Shown: positions 17,724-26,690 of the stretch, piece by piece
Layout of the letters: every line of letters begins with the position of its first letter
How positions within the stretch are numbered: position 1 is the stretch's first letter
Source: Candidatus Limnocylindrales bacterium
GTDB taxonomy: Bacteria > Chloroflexota > Limnocylindria > Limnocylindrales > CSP1-4
NCBI GenBank assembly: GCA_049967415.1
Contig: JBMFSS010000017.1
Location: 2,030-66,029, forward strand
Direction of reading: 5' to 3'
DNA length: 64,000 nucleotides
The notes under the pieces: model-generated
Database searches by the model: none
Seen by the model: only the letters and a program-made list of their open reading frames with translations
Told to the model about the DNA's origin: nothing
Program-made: the position numbers and the translations under genes

Positions 17724-20180
17724 ATGACGAAGAACCTCGTGGTAGTCGAGTCGCCCGCCAAGGCGAAGACGATCGAGCGGTACCTGGGCCCGGAGTACCG
17801 CGTGCTGGCCTCCTACGGCCACGTCAGGGATCTCCCTGAGAACCCGGGCCGTGGCAAGCTGGGCGTGGACGTTGACCATGACTTTGCCCCCGAGTACGTG
17901 ATATCGGAGGATCGCCGCGTGCAGGTGGAGGCGATCCGCCGGGCCGCGCGCACGGCCGACCAGGTGTTCCTGGCAACCGACCTGGATCGTGAGGGTGAAG
18001 CCATCGCCTGGCACGTGGCGCAGGCGGCCGCCGTTCCGGCCGAGAAGACCCGGCGCGTCACGTTCAGCGAGATCACCGAGGGCGCCATCCGGGAGGCCTT
18101 CCTCCACCCGAGGGAGATCGACGTCAACCTGGTCGATGCCCAGCAGACACGCCGCATCGTGGACCGGCTGGTGGGCTACACCCTCAGTCCGCTGCTGTCG
18201 CGCAAGGTTCGCGGTGGCCTATCGGCAGGGCGGGTGCAGTCGGTCGCGGTCCGGCTGGTGGTGGAGCGCGAACGCGAGATCCGCGCCTTCACGGCCCGGG
18301 AGTACTGGACGCTGCAGGCGCTGCTCGAGACGGCCTCCGGGGAGCGTTTCATCGCGGATCTCGTCCGCATCGACCGGGCCAGGCCGGCAATCGCCAATGC
18401 CGAAGCGGCACAGGCGCACGCTGAGGCGCTGCGGGCGACCCGGCCACGGGTGACGCGCGTGAGTGTGGCCAGCCGGAAGAGCAACCCGGCGCCGCCATTC
18501 ACCACCAGCACGCTGCAGCAGGAAGCCAGTCGCAAGCTCGGGTTCTCACCCAAGCGGACCATGTCGGCTGCCCAGCGCCTGTACGAGGGGGTGGAGACCG
18601 ACCAGGGCCAGGTGGGCCTGATCACCTATATGCGGACCGACTCCACGGCCATGGCCAGCATCGCCATGAGCGAGGCGCGGGACGTGATCCGCGCACGGTA
18701 CGGGCCTCCTTACGTGGTGCCCCGGGGGCGCGTCTATCGGACCCGCACCCGGGGCGCGCAGGAGGCCCACGAGTCGATCCGTCCCACCAGCTTCCAGCGC
18801 GACCCCGATTCGCTGGCGGGCTACCTGAAGGGCGATCAGATGCGCCTCTACCGCCTCATCTGGCAGCGGGCGCTGGCCTCGCAGATGGCGTCGAAGGAGA
18901 GCGAGACCACCGGTATCGACCTTGAGGCCGGCCGCTATGCGCTTCGCGCCACCGCCACCCGCACCACCTTCGACGGGTTCTCCAGGGTCTACACGGAAGG
19001 CCGCGATGACGGCGCCGAGGAACCGGAGGGGCGGCTGCCCGATCTCGCGGAGGGTGTCGAAACGGCGGTCGCGGAGGTCACGCCCACCCAGCACTTTACC
19101 GAGCCGCCGCCCCGTTACACAGAGGCAACCCTGGTCAAGGCCCTTGAGGAGAAAGGGATCGGCCGACCCTCCACCTACGCCGCCATCATCTCCACGATCC
19201 AGGACCGGGGCTACGTGAAGCTGGCCGATCGTCGGCTGCGGCCGGAGCCAGTGGGCGAGGTCGTGACGGACCTGCTGGTCGAGCACTTCGGCGAGTTCGT
19301 GGACCCTGATTTCACCGCCCGCATGGAGGAGCGGCTTGACGAGATCGCGCGCGGGGAGCGCGAATGGGTGCCGCTCCTGCGCGAGTTCTATGCGCCGCTC
19401 CGCGAGCGCGTCGACGAGAAGCGCCGGGAGCTGCGGCGTCGGGACTTCACCACCGAGCCGTCCGACGAAGTCTGCTCGCTCGGCCACCCGATGGTCATCC
19501 GGCTGGGCCGGTACGGACGATTTCTCGCCTGCTCCCTCTACCCGGAACACAAGGAGACCCGCCCTCTCGATCCCGTCGATGAGGCGGGCGAGTCAACCTC
19601 TCGCGGCGACGAGGGCGGTGAGTCCCGCGCGCAGCTGCCCGGGGTTGGCGACCCCTGCCCCGAGTGTGGCCAGGGGACGCTGGTCGAGAGGCGCGGCCGC
19701 TTCGGCCCGTTCGTGGGCTGCTCGCGCTACCCGGAGTGCACGTACATCAAGAAGCAGGGGCCGGCCGGGCCGCCGCCGCTGCCGTTCGAGGCAGTCTGCC
19801 CGAAGTGCGGCCAGGGGCACCTTGTGCCCAGGCGGGCACGCCGCACGGGGAAGACGTTCTTCGGCTGTTCCCGGTACCCCGCCTGCGACTTCACCACCGA
19901 CTTTGAACCGGTGGGGGCGCGGCATGACGCGGATGCCGGGCCGGTGGCGCGTCGCGACGGGCGGGGCATCTGTTTGCTGTGCGGCGCGGACGTGCCCCTG
20001 CCGGAGGGCGAGCTGGTGGGCCTGAGCCTGCCCGGGGGACCGCCGAATCCCGGTGCGCTGGCCCCGCGGCGCGCGCGACGGGCGGCCCGTCCGGGCGGCG
20101 CGCGCGAGGTCCGCTCGCGCACCGCACGCGCACCCCGTCGGGCGGTACCTCGGCACGACGTGGACGCCGGCGCGGCGTGA
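17724..20180 (+). CDS. topA: DNA topoisomerase I
   Basis: TOPRIM domain LVVVESPAKAKTIERYLG and ATDLDREGEAIAWH. Active-site region TYMRTDS. C-terminal CxxC zinc ribbons (CPECGQG...CSRYPEC and CPKCGQG...CSRYPAC). Confidence 0.95.
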   Translation: MTKNLVVVESPAKAKTIERYLGPEYRVLASYGHVRDLPENPGRGKLGVDVDHDFAPEYVISEDRRVQVEAIRRAARTADQVFLATDLDREGEAIAWHVAQAAAVPAEKTRRVTFSEITEGAIREAFLHPREIDVNLVDAQQTRRIVDRLVGYTLSPLLSRKVRGGLSAGRVQSVAVRLVVEREREIRAFTAREYWTLQALLETASGERFIADLVRIDRARPAIANAEAAQAHAEALRATRPRVTRVSVASRKSNPAPPFTTSTLQQEASRKLGFSPKRTMSAAQRLYEGVETDQGQVGLITYMRTDSTAMASIAMSEARDVIRARYGPPYVVPRGRVYRTRTRGAQEAHESIRPTSFQRDPDSLAGYLKGDQMRLYRLIWQRALASQMASKESETTGIDLEAGRYALRATATRTTFDGFSRVYTEGRDDGAEEPEGRLPDLAEGVETAVAEVTPTQHFTEPPPRYTEATLVKALEEKGIGRPSTYAAIISTIQDRGYVKLADRRLRPEPVGEVVTDLLVEHFGEFVDPDFTARMEERLDEIARGEREWVPLLREFYAPLRERVDEKRRELRRRDFTTEPSDEVCSLGHPMVIRLGRYGRFLACSLYPEHKETRPLDPVDEAGESTSRGDEGGESRAQLPGVGDPCPECGQGTLVERRGRFGPFVGCSRYPECTYIKKQGPAGPPPLPFEAVCPKCGQGHLVPRRARRTGKTFFGCSRYPACDFTTDFEPVGARHDADAGPVARRDGRGICLLCGADVPLPEGELVGLSLPGGPPNPGALAPRRARRAARPGGAREVRSRTARAPRRAVPRHDVDAGAA

Positions 20181-21241
20181 GTCCGGACGACGCCCTCGCC
20201 TCGTTTCTGCAGGCGCTGGCCGCCCGGGACGCTTCGCCGCACACGATTCGTTCGTATCGGGGCGCGCTGGCCGAGTACCTGGCGTGGCTCTCATCGCCTG
20301 GCGCAGCGGCGCTGGCCAGGCCCGGTCACCCGGCCGACGTGGCCTGGGAGCGACCCACGAAGGCGGTGCTCAGGGGCTACCTGGGTCATCTGTCCGCGCG
20401 CCTGGCCAGGCGGTCCGTGGGGACGCACTTGGGCGCGATCCGCTCGTTCTATCGCCACGCGCGGCGCTCGGGGTGGGTTGATGGCGATCCGTGGGCGCCG
20501 ATCGGCACGCCGCGCCAGGGCAGCCGGCTGCCGCGGGTACTCGAGGTGGCCGAGGTGGAGCACCTGCTGGACGTGGTGGGTGCCACGGGACGCCCGGCGG
20601 CAGCCGGTGGAGCGTCGGTTGCCTCGGGGCGATCTCGAGCGAGCCGCGTCGGGGAGATGGCGAGCAGGTCTGTCTCCCGCGCCCAGATGGAGGCGTGGCT
20701 GACCCTGCGGGATCGGGCCATCGTCGAAACCGCCTATGCGGCGGGTCTGCGCATCAGCGAACTGGCGGGGCTTCACATCGGCGACCTTGACCTGCGCCAC
20801 GGCGAGGTACGCGTCCTCGGCAAGGGGCGCAAGGAGCGCGTCTCCTTGCTCGGGCGCCCAGCCATGGAGGCGCTGGCCGCGTATCTCGCCGGGGCGCGTC
20901 CGCAGCTGCAGGCACGCACGCAGGCCCCTGACGTCGGGACGGTCTTTCTCAACGCCCGCGGCGGCCCGCTGGGGGTGCGCGGCATCCGGCTGCGGATCGA
21001 CCGCCTGGCACGCCTGGCCGGTCTCCCGTCAGGTGTCAGTCCACACACCCTGCGGCACTCGTTCGCGAGTCACCTCCTGGAGGGAGGCGCGGACCTGCGG
21101 GTGGTGCAGGAGCTGCTGGGTCACAGCAGCCTGGCCACGACGCAGCTGTACACGCACGTCTCCCCGCGGCGCCTGCGACGTGCGTACATCGCGGCCCACC
21201 CGCGCGCGGGCGGCCTTCTCCCCCCGACAGCGCCCTCGTGA
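20177..21241 (+). CDS. xerC: Tyrosine recombinase XerC-type
   Basis: SPHTIRSYRGAL core-binding domain and HTLRHSFASHLLEGGADLRVVQELLGHSSLATTQLYTHV. GTG 20177 overlaps the topA stop, so the track ORF start at 19979 is an over-extension. Contains a Gly/Ala/Ser/Arg-rich insertion of about 40 aa. Confidence 0.85.
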   Translation: MSPDDALASFLQALAARDASPHTIRSYRGALAEYLAWLSSPGAAALARPGHPADVAWERPTKAVLRGYLGHLSARLARRSVGTHLGAIRSFYRHARRSGWVDGDPWAPIGTPRQGSRLPRVLEVAEVEHLLDVVGATGRPAAAGGASVASGRSRASRVGEMASRSVSRAQMEAWLTLRDRAIVETAYAAGLRISELAGLHIGDLDLRHGEVRVLGKGRKERVSLLGRPAMEALAAYLAGARPQLQARTQAPDVGTVFLNARGGPLGVRGIRLRIDRLARLAGLPSGVSPHTLRHSFASHLLEGGADLRVVQELLGHSSLATTQLYTHVSPRRLRRAYIAAHPRAGGLLPPTAPS

Positions 21242-22839
21242 CAGTCGGGGATCTCGAAGTCGGCGGACCGTCGGTCAGCAGCCGGACGCTGGCGCGCGCC
21301 GGGCTCATCGTCACCGGCGCCTACCTCGCCTCGCGCATCCTGGGCTGGATCCGCACCGCCGCCCTGCTGGCCGTATTCGGGGCGGGGCGCGACATGGAAG
21401 CGTATCTCGCCGCGTTCCGCATCCCGGATGCAATCTTCCAGCTGGTGGCCGCGGGCGCCCTCAGCTCGGCGCTGATTCCGGTTCTGGCGGGGCTGCTCCA
21501 CGAAGGCGGCCACCGCGAGGCGTGGCGCCTGGTCTCGAGCGTGGTGAACCTGATGCTGATCGGGCTCGCCGGGTTCTCGGCGGTCTTCTTCGTGGCAGCG
21601 CCTGCGATCATGCCCCTGATCACGCAGGACTTCACGCGCGACCAGCTGGACCTGGCCGTCCAGCTCTCGCGGATCATGCTTCTCTCGCCCATCCTGCTGG
21701 CGCTCTCGGCGGTGGCCACCAGCGTGCTCAACGCGGGCAACCGCTTCACCGCCGCGGCGCTTGCGCCGCTGCTCTACAACCTGGCCATCATCGTGCCGGT
21801 GGTCCTGCTGGGGAGCGCCCTGGGGGTCACGGTGGCGGCCGTGGGCGTCGTGATCGGTGGCCTCCTCAGCCTGCTCGTGCAGGTGATGCCGCTGGATGCG
21901 ATGGGCTACCGGTACCAGCGCGTCGCCGATGTGCACGACCCCGAGACACAGGAGGTGATTCGGCTGGTGGCGCCACGCGCGTTGGGCCTGGGTGCCACCC
22001 AGATCACCTTCGTGGTCAACACCCTCCTCGCCACCGGGCTCGGCACGGCCGCCCTCACCTGGTACAACGCGGCCTTCACTGCCTACCAGATCCCCATTGG
22101 GGTGATCGGGCTGCCCCTCGGCGTGGTGCTGCTCCCCTCGATGTCGACCGCGCTGGCGGCCGGCCAGGCAGCCACGTTCGGGCGGCTGGTGACGCGTTCA
22201 CTGCGGCTGCTGCTCTTCGTCATGCTCTTCCTGGCCGGGGTGGGCATGGTCGTGCGCACCCAGGTGGTGGACCTGCTGTTCGGATACGGGAACTTCAACC
22301 GCCCGGACGTGCTGGCCACGGCCGACGCGCTCTTCTTCTTCCTGCTCGGGCTCGCCGCGGACTCGGCGGTGGTGGTGCTGGCGCGGGCCTTCTACGCCGA
22401 CCGGGAGACCCGCATCCCGGTGGCCGCCGCATTGCTGGCCGTGGCGATCAACGTCCTGGTCTCGGTCGCGACGGTGGGGCCGCTTGGCCTGCGGGGATTG
22501 GCCCTGGGGATCGCGACCGGCGCCTGGGCCGAGGCGGCCCTCCTCACCGTGCTCCTCGCCCGCCGGATCCCGAGCCTGGAACTGAGCCGGCTGCTCGTCG
22601 CCGCGCTCGTCTTCGCCGTGGGCTCCGGGCTCGCCGCGGCGGCGGCGGCCTGGGCGCTCGGCGCACTGACCGGGATCCTGGGCGCCACGCCCGGGCGGCC
22701 GCTGGTGCTCCTGGAACTGGTGCTGGCCACCGGGGCGGGCGCCGCCGTGTACGCTGCATGGTGTCTTGTGACACGCGTCCCCGAGCTGCCGGAGTCATTG
22801 CGGCTGGTCTGGAACACGCTGGGTCGGAGGGGCACCTGA
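21238..22839 (+). CDS. murJ: Lipid II flippase MurJ (MviN)
   Basis: Polytopic membrane protein of 533 aa. AAFRIPDAIFQLVAAGALSSALIPV. GTGA overlap with xerC. Confidence 0.88.
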   Translation: MTVGDLEVGGPSVSSRTLARAGLIVTGAYLASRILGWIRTAALLAVFGAGRDMEAYLAAFRIPDAIFQLVAAGALSSALIPVLAGLLHEGGHREAWRLVSSVVNLMLIGLAGFSAVFFVAAPAIMPLITQDFTRDQLDLAVQLSRIMLLSPILLALSAVATSVLNAGNRFTAAALAPLLYNLAIIVPVVLLGSALGVTVAAVGVVIGGLLSLLVQVMPLDAMGYRYQRVADVHDPETQEVIRLVAPRALGLGATQITFVVNTLLATGLGTAALTWYNAAFTAYQIPIGVIGLPLGVVLLPSMSTALAAGQAATFGRLVTRSLRLLLFVMLFLAGVGMVVRTQVVDLLFGYGNFNRPDVLATADALFFFLLGLAADSAVVVLARAFYADRETRIPVAAALLAVAINVLVSVATVGPLGLRGLALGIATGAWAEAALLTVLLARRIPSLELSRLLVAALVFAVGSGLAAAAAAWALGALTGILGATPGRPLVLLELVLATGAGAAVYAAWCLVTRVPELPESLRLVWNTLGRRGT

Positions 22840-22840
22840 G

Positions 22841-23902
22841 GTGAGCGCGCCAGATCGCGGGCCTCTGCCTGCCAGGATCGAGCGGGACACCGCGGCGTGG
22901 GACGCGTTCGTGGCCTCCACGCCCCTGGCTCCCTACCTGCAGGCGAGCCCCTGGGCCGAGGTGAAGGCGCGCAACGGGTGGCGGGCGCACCGACTGGTGG
23001 TCGGCGGCGGGGAACGTGCGCTGGGATGCCAGCTCCTGGCCCACCCGATCGGGCCGCTGCCCTGGTCGGTTGGATATGTGCCTCGGGGCCCGGTGGGGAA
23101 CGGTATGGATGAGACGCTCGTGGCTGCCTGGTCCTCGGCGCTGCGGCGGCTGGCGGGGCGGGTCCGGCTGAGCCACGTGGTGATCGACCCGGAGATCCAG
23201 GCTGGAGGGCCGGAACTGGGCTGGTTCCAACGGGCCGGATGGCGCCCCTGCCCGTCGCCGCAGCCGGCCCGCTCGCGCTGGATCGACCTGGAGCAGCCAG
23301 AGGAGGCCCTGTGGGGCGGACTCCGGGCCAAGTGGCGCCAGTACGTCCAGAAGGCGCGGCGCAATGGGATCGCGGTGGTCGAAGCGGGCCCTGGACGCAT
23401 GGACGAGTTCTATGCGATCTACGTCGAGACGGCGCGCCGGGCCGGCTTTCCGTACCGCACCGAGTCCACGTACCGAGCGGTCCAGGCCGCGTTCGCTGCC
23501 CACGGTCGCGCCCGCCTGCTGATGGCGCAGGATGAATCGGGCGCGGCGCAGGCGACGCTGCTGCTGGTTGGCTGGGGGCGTCGCATGATCGAGCCGTACG
23601 GCGGCATGACCCGGGCGGGAGCGGAGTCCCGCGCCAACTACCTGCTGAAGTGGGAGGCCATCCGCCGCGCGCGAGCCGAGGGCTACGCGATCTACGACCT
23701 GTGGGGGCTCTCGCACCCGGGGATCGAGCATTTCAAGGCCGGCTTCGGCGGCCGGGAGGTGACCTACATCGGCGGGCTCGAGCTGGACGTGTGGCCGTGG
23801 GTCCGACGGGCGGTCGAGGCGGTCCAGGCGATGCGCGTGGGGGCGGTCCGGCGCCGATTGACCCGGGACCGGACGGCCGAGCCGGACGGGGATGCCGCAT
23901 GA
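22841..23902 (+). CDS. FemABX-family peptidyltransferase (peptidoglycan interpeptide-bridge formation), paralogue 1
   Basis: YLQASPWAEVKARNGWRA N-terminus and C-terminal YDLWGLS...IEHFKAGFGGREV. GGAGGGG lies 8 nt before the GTG. Confidence 0.8.
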   Translation: MSAPDRGPLPARIERDTAAWDAFVASTPLAPYLQASPWAEVKARNGWRAHRLVVGGGERALGCQLLAHPIGPLPWSVGYVPRGPVGNGMDETLVAAWSSALRRLAGRVRLSHVVIDPEIQAGGPELGWFQRAGWRPCPSPQPARSRWIDLEQPEEALWGGLRAKWRQYVQKARRNGIAVVEAGPGRMDEFYAIYVETARRAGFPYRTESTYRAVQAAFAAHGRARLLMAQDESGAAQATLLLVGWGRRMIEPYGGMTRAGAESRANYLLKWEAIRRARAEGYAIYDLWGLSHPGIEHFKAGFGGREVTYIGGLELDVWPWVRRAVEAVQAMRVGAVRRRLTRDRTAEPDGDAA

Positions 23903-25560
23903 ACGCGGACCGATCGCTGGCACGCGGTGCCGGCAGGGGTGCCGGGGCAGACGGGCCACCGAGGCGGCTCGGGGAGCTCGCCGACCTGCTGGATCGCCGG
24001 GGTCTGCTGGTGGACGTGCTGCCCCATCGGTCCGCGGCCGGGCCGGTCCGGATCGGACAGGTCGTGTACGACTCGCGACGGGTCACGCCGGGCTGCCTGT
24101 TCGTGGCCATCACGGGTGCCAGGGTTGACGGGCACGACTTCATCCGGCAGGCCGTGGCGGGCGGGGCGTCGGCGGTCGTTGCCGAGCGTCCGTGGCCCGC
24201 GCTCGCGGTCCCGCAGCTGCTGGTGCGGGCCGCCCGGCCGGCGCTCGCTGCGGCTGCCGCGTGGCGGGAGGGCTTCCCCAGCCGGCGGCTGGGGATCGTG
24301 GGGATCACCGGTACGGACGGCAAGACCACCACGAGTTTCCTGGTGCGGGCCATGCTGGAGGCCGCCGGCAGCCCCTGCGGACTGACCGGGACCGTGGCCA
24401 CGTTGGCCGGCGGTCGGCCGTTCGGAGGCCCCACGCGGGCAACCACGCCCGAGGCACCGGAACTGCAGGCGGCGCTTGCCGCCATGGTGGCCTCCGGCGA
24501 CCGGTTTGCGGTGGTGGAGTCGACGTCTCACGGTCTCGCCCAGGACCGGGTGGGCGAGATCGCCTACGACGTGGCCGTCCTCACCAATCTGACCCACGAG
24601 CACCTCGAGTTCCACCGAACCCACGCGGCCTACCGGGCAGCCAAGCGCCGCCTGTTCGAGGCGCTGGCAGTGGACGCCCGCAACCCGGACAAGGGCTGGG
24701 GCAAGTCGGGCGTGGTGAACCTGGACGACCAGTGGGCTCCCGAGTTCGTGGCGGCCACGGCGCACGCCGGCGCCCGGCTGGTGGGCTATGGCCGGGGGGC
24801 CGATGCGCAAGTCCGGCTGGTGGCGCTGCTCCAGGATGCCGCGGGGCTGCGACTGGAGGTCGAAACCCCACGCTGGCGGGGGCCGGTGAACCTGCAACTT
24901 GCCGGGTCGTTCAACGCATACAACGCGCTGGCGGCGATCGCGGTCGGCGAGGCGCTGGCCCTCGATCCGGCCGCCGTGCGGCAGGGGCTGGAGTCGGTCG
25001 AGCGGATCCCGGGGAGAATGGAACGGGTTCCCACGCGGCTGCCGTTCACGGTGGTGGTCGACTACGCGCACACGCCCAACGCGCTGCGGCTGGTGCTGGA
25101 CGATCTTGCTCGCCTGGCTTCGGCCAGGGGTGGGGGGATCATCGCAGTGTTCGGATCGGCCGGTGAACGAGACGTGGTCAAGCGGCCGCTCATGGGCCAG
25201 GTGGCGGGCGAGCGGTGCCGGCTGGTCGTCCTGACCGACGAGGATCCGCGGGGTGAGGACCGTTTGCAGGTCCTCCGTGAGATCGCGGACGGCGCCGTCG
25301 CGGCCGGCAAGGTGGCCGGGAGGGACCTCCTCCTGATCCCGGACCGCCGGCAGGCCATCCAGGAAGCCGTCGACCGGGCCGCGCCGGGGGATCTTGTGCT
25401 GCTGGCGGGGAAGGGGCACGAGTCCACCATCGAGATGGCTGATGGCCCGCAGCCCTGGGACGAGCGCGCGGCCGCCGAAGATGCCCTGGCGGCCCGTGAG
25501 GCGCGGCAGGATGCCCCCGGAGCGCTGGGCCTGTCGGCGAGGAACGTGGTCGAACCGTGA
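23899..25560 (+). CDS. murE: UDP-N-acetylmuramoyl-L-alanyl-D-glutamate--diamino acid ligase MurE
   Basis: Motifs GITGTDGKTTTSFL, YAHTPNAL and LTDEDPRGED (DxPR-type motif). ATGA overlap with the upstream fem gene; the track start at 23650 is an over-extension. Confidence 0.9.
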   Translation: MNADRSLARGAGRGAGADGPPRRLGELADLLDRRGLLVDVLPHRSAAGPVRIGQVVYDSRRVTPGCLFVAITGARVDGHDFIRQAVAGGASAVVAERPWPALAVPQLLVRAARPALAAAAAWREGFPSRRLGIVGITGTDGKTTTSFLVRAMLEAAGSPCGLTGTVATLAGGRPFGGPTRATTPEAPELQAALAAMVASGDRFAVVESTSHGLAQDRVGEIAYDVAVLTNLTHEHLEFHRTHAAYRAAKRRLFEALAVDARNPDKGWGKSGVVNLDDQWAPEFVAATAHAGARLVGYGRGADAQVRLVALLQDAAGLRLEVETPRWRGPVNLQLAGSFNAYNALAAIAVGEALALDPAAVRQGLESVERIPGRMERVPTRLPFTVVVDYAHTPNALRLVLDDLARLASARGGGIIAVFGSAGERDVVKRPLMGQVAGERCRLVVLTDEDPRGEDRLQVLREIADGAVAAGKVAGRDLLLIPDRRQAIQEAVDRAAPGDLVLLAGKGHESTIEMADGPQPWDERAAAEDALAAREARQDAPGALGLSARNVVEP

Positions 25561-26690
25561 CGGGGTCGGACGGAGCGCACGGAGCCGCCGGGCCGGGGGA
25601 CCCTGGTCACGGCCAGGGCCCTGCGCGCGGGAAGATCCGGGTTCGGGTGGGCACCGAGGCGGATCGCGAAGCGTGGGATGCCTGGGTGGCGGCGCTCCCT
25701 TCAGCTGATCCGCTGCAGGCCTGGGACTGGGGCACCGTCGCTGCGACGGGCAGCGAGCGCCCGGTACGGCTGGTGGCCACGGACGAGGCGGGTCGCGTGC
25801 GGGGCGTCGCCCAGGTCCTGGTCCGCGACACTGCCGCCGGGAGGCGCGTGCTGTACGTGCCGCACGGGCCCGCCTGGGAGACGGATGCCGCCGATGGGCC
25901 GGCCGTCCTGGCTGCCCTGCTCGGCGCGCTGCGGGACCTCGGCCGTGCGGAGCGGGGCATCGTCCTGAAGTTCGACCCCCGGGCCACGGCGGATGTCCCG
26001 GCGGCGGAGATCCGGTCCCAGGTGCTGCGCCAGGGCGCACGCATGGCGCGCGCCGACCTGCAGGCCGTCACAACGCGCGTGATCGATCTCCGCCCGGGCC
26101 CGGGACAGCTGCTCGCGGGCCTGGAAAAGGACACCCGCAACCTGGTCCGCCGGTCAGCCCGGGAGGGGGTACGCCCGCGCGTGGTGCGCGGGGCGGATCG
26201 GGCCGCGTACTCGGCGTTTGCCGACCTGCTGGCCGCCACCGGCCAGCGGGCAGGGTTCCGGGTCCGGCCGAGGGCAGCCTTCGAGGCGATCGGAGCAACC
26301 TTCGCCTCGCGCGGTGACGCGTGCCTGGTGCTGGCGGAGCTCGCCGGTCGGCCCATCGCCGGCTGCCTGGCCCTGGTCGCCGGGCGGCGCGCCTACTACC
26401 TGTACGCGGCTTCCGTTCGCGCCCCGGAATTGCGGCACGCGGCGGGACCCTATGCGGCCTTGTGGGCGTGCATCGAGGCGCTGGCCGCGGACGGGCTCGA
26501 GAGCCTGGACCTGTGGGGGGTTGCGGAGCCCGGCGATCCGGCTGCCGATCCCGCCTGGGCCGGGTTCAGTCTCTTCAAGCGAGGCTTCGGCGGCGCGCTG
26601 TTGCGCCATCCGGGAACGTTCGACCTGGTCCTGGCACGCGGCTGGTATGCCATTCGCGACCTCCGCGAACGGCTTGGCCTCCGGATATGA
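25557..26690 (+). CDS. FemABX-family peptidyltransferase, paralogue 2
   Basis: PLQAWDWGTVAATGSERPVRL, then LDLWGVAEP...GFSLFKRGFGGALL. GTGA overlap with murE. Confidence 0.8.
   Translation: MTGSDGAHGAAGPGDPGHGQGPARGKIRVRVGTEADREAWDAWVAALPSADPLQAWDWGTVAATGSERPVRLVATDEAGRVRGVAQVLVRDTAAGRRVLYVPHGPAWETDAADGPAVLAALLGALRDLGRAERGIVLKFDPRATADVPAAEIRSQVLRQGARMARADLQAVTTRVIDLRPGPGQLLAGLEKDTRNLVRRSAREGVRPRVVRGADRAAYSAFADLLAATGQRAGFRVRPRAAFEAIGATFASRGDACLVLAELAGRPIAGCLALVAGRRAYYLYAASVRAPELRHAAGPYAALWACIEALAADGLESLDLWGVAEPGDPAADPAWAGFSLFKRGFGGALLRHPGTFDLVLARGWYAIRDLRERLGLRI

Noticed and set aside
20177-21241. The two tyrosine recombinases (also 56333-57313) as integrases of a mobile element or prophage
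   Set aside because: Both have XerC/XerD-type catalytic boxes (HTLRHSFA.HLLEGGADLRVVQELLGH..TTQLYTH). They are embedded in housekeeping operons. No flanking tRNA, direct repeats, excisionase or cargo genes are visible.
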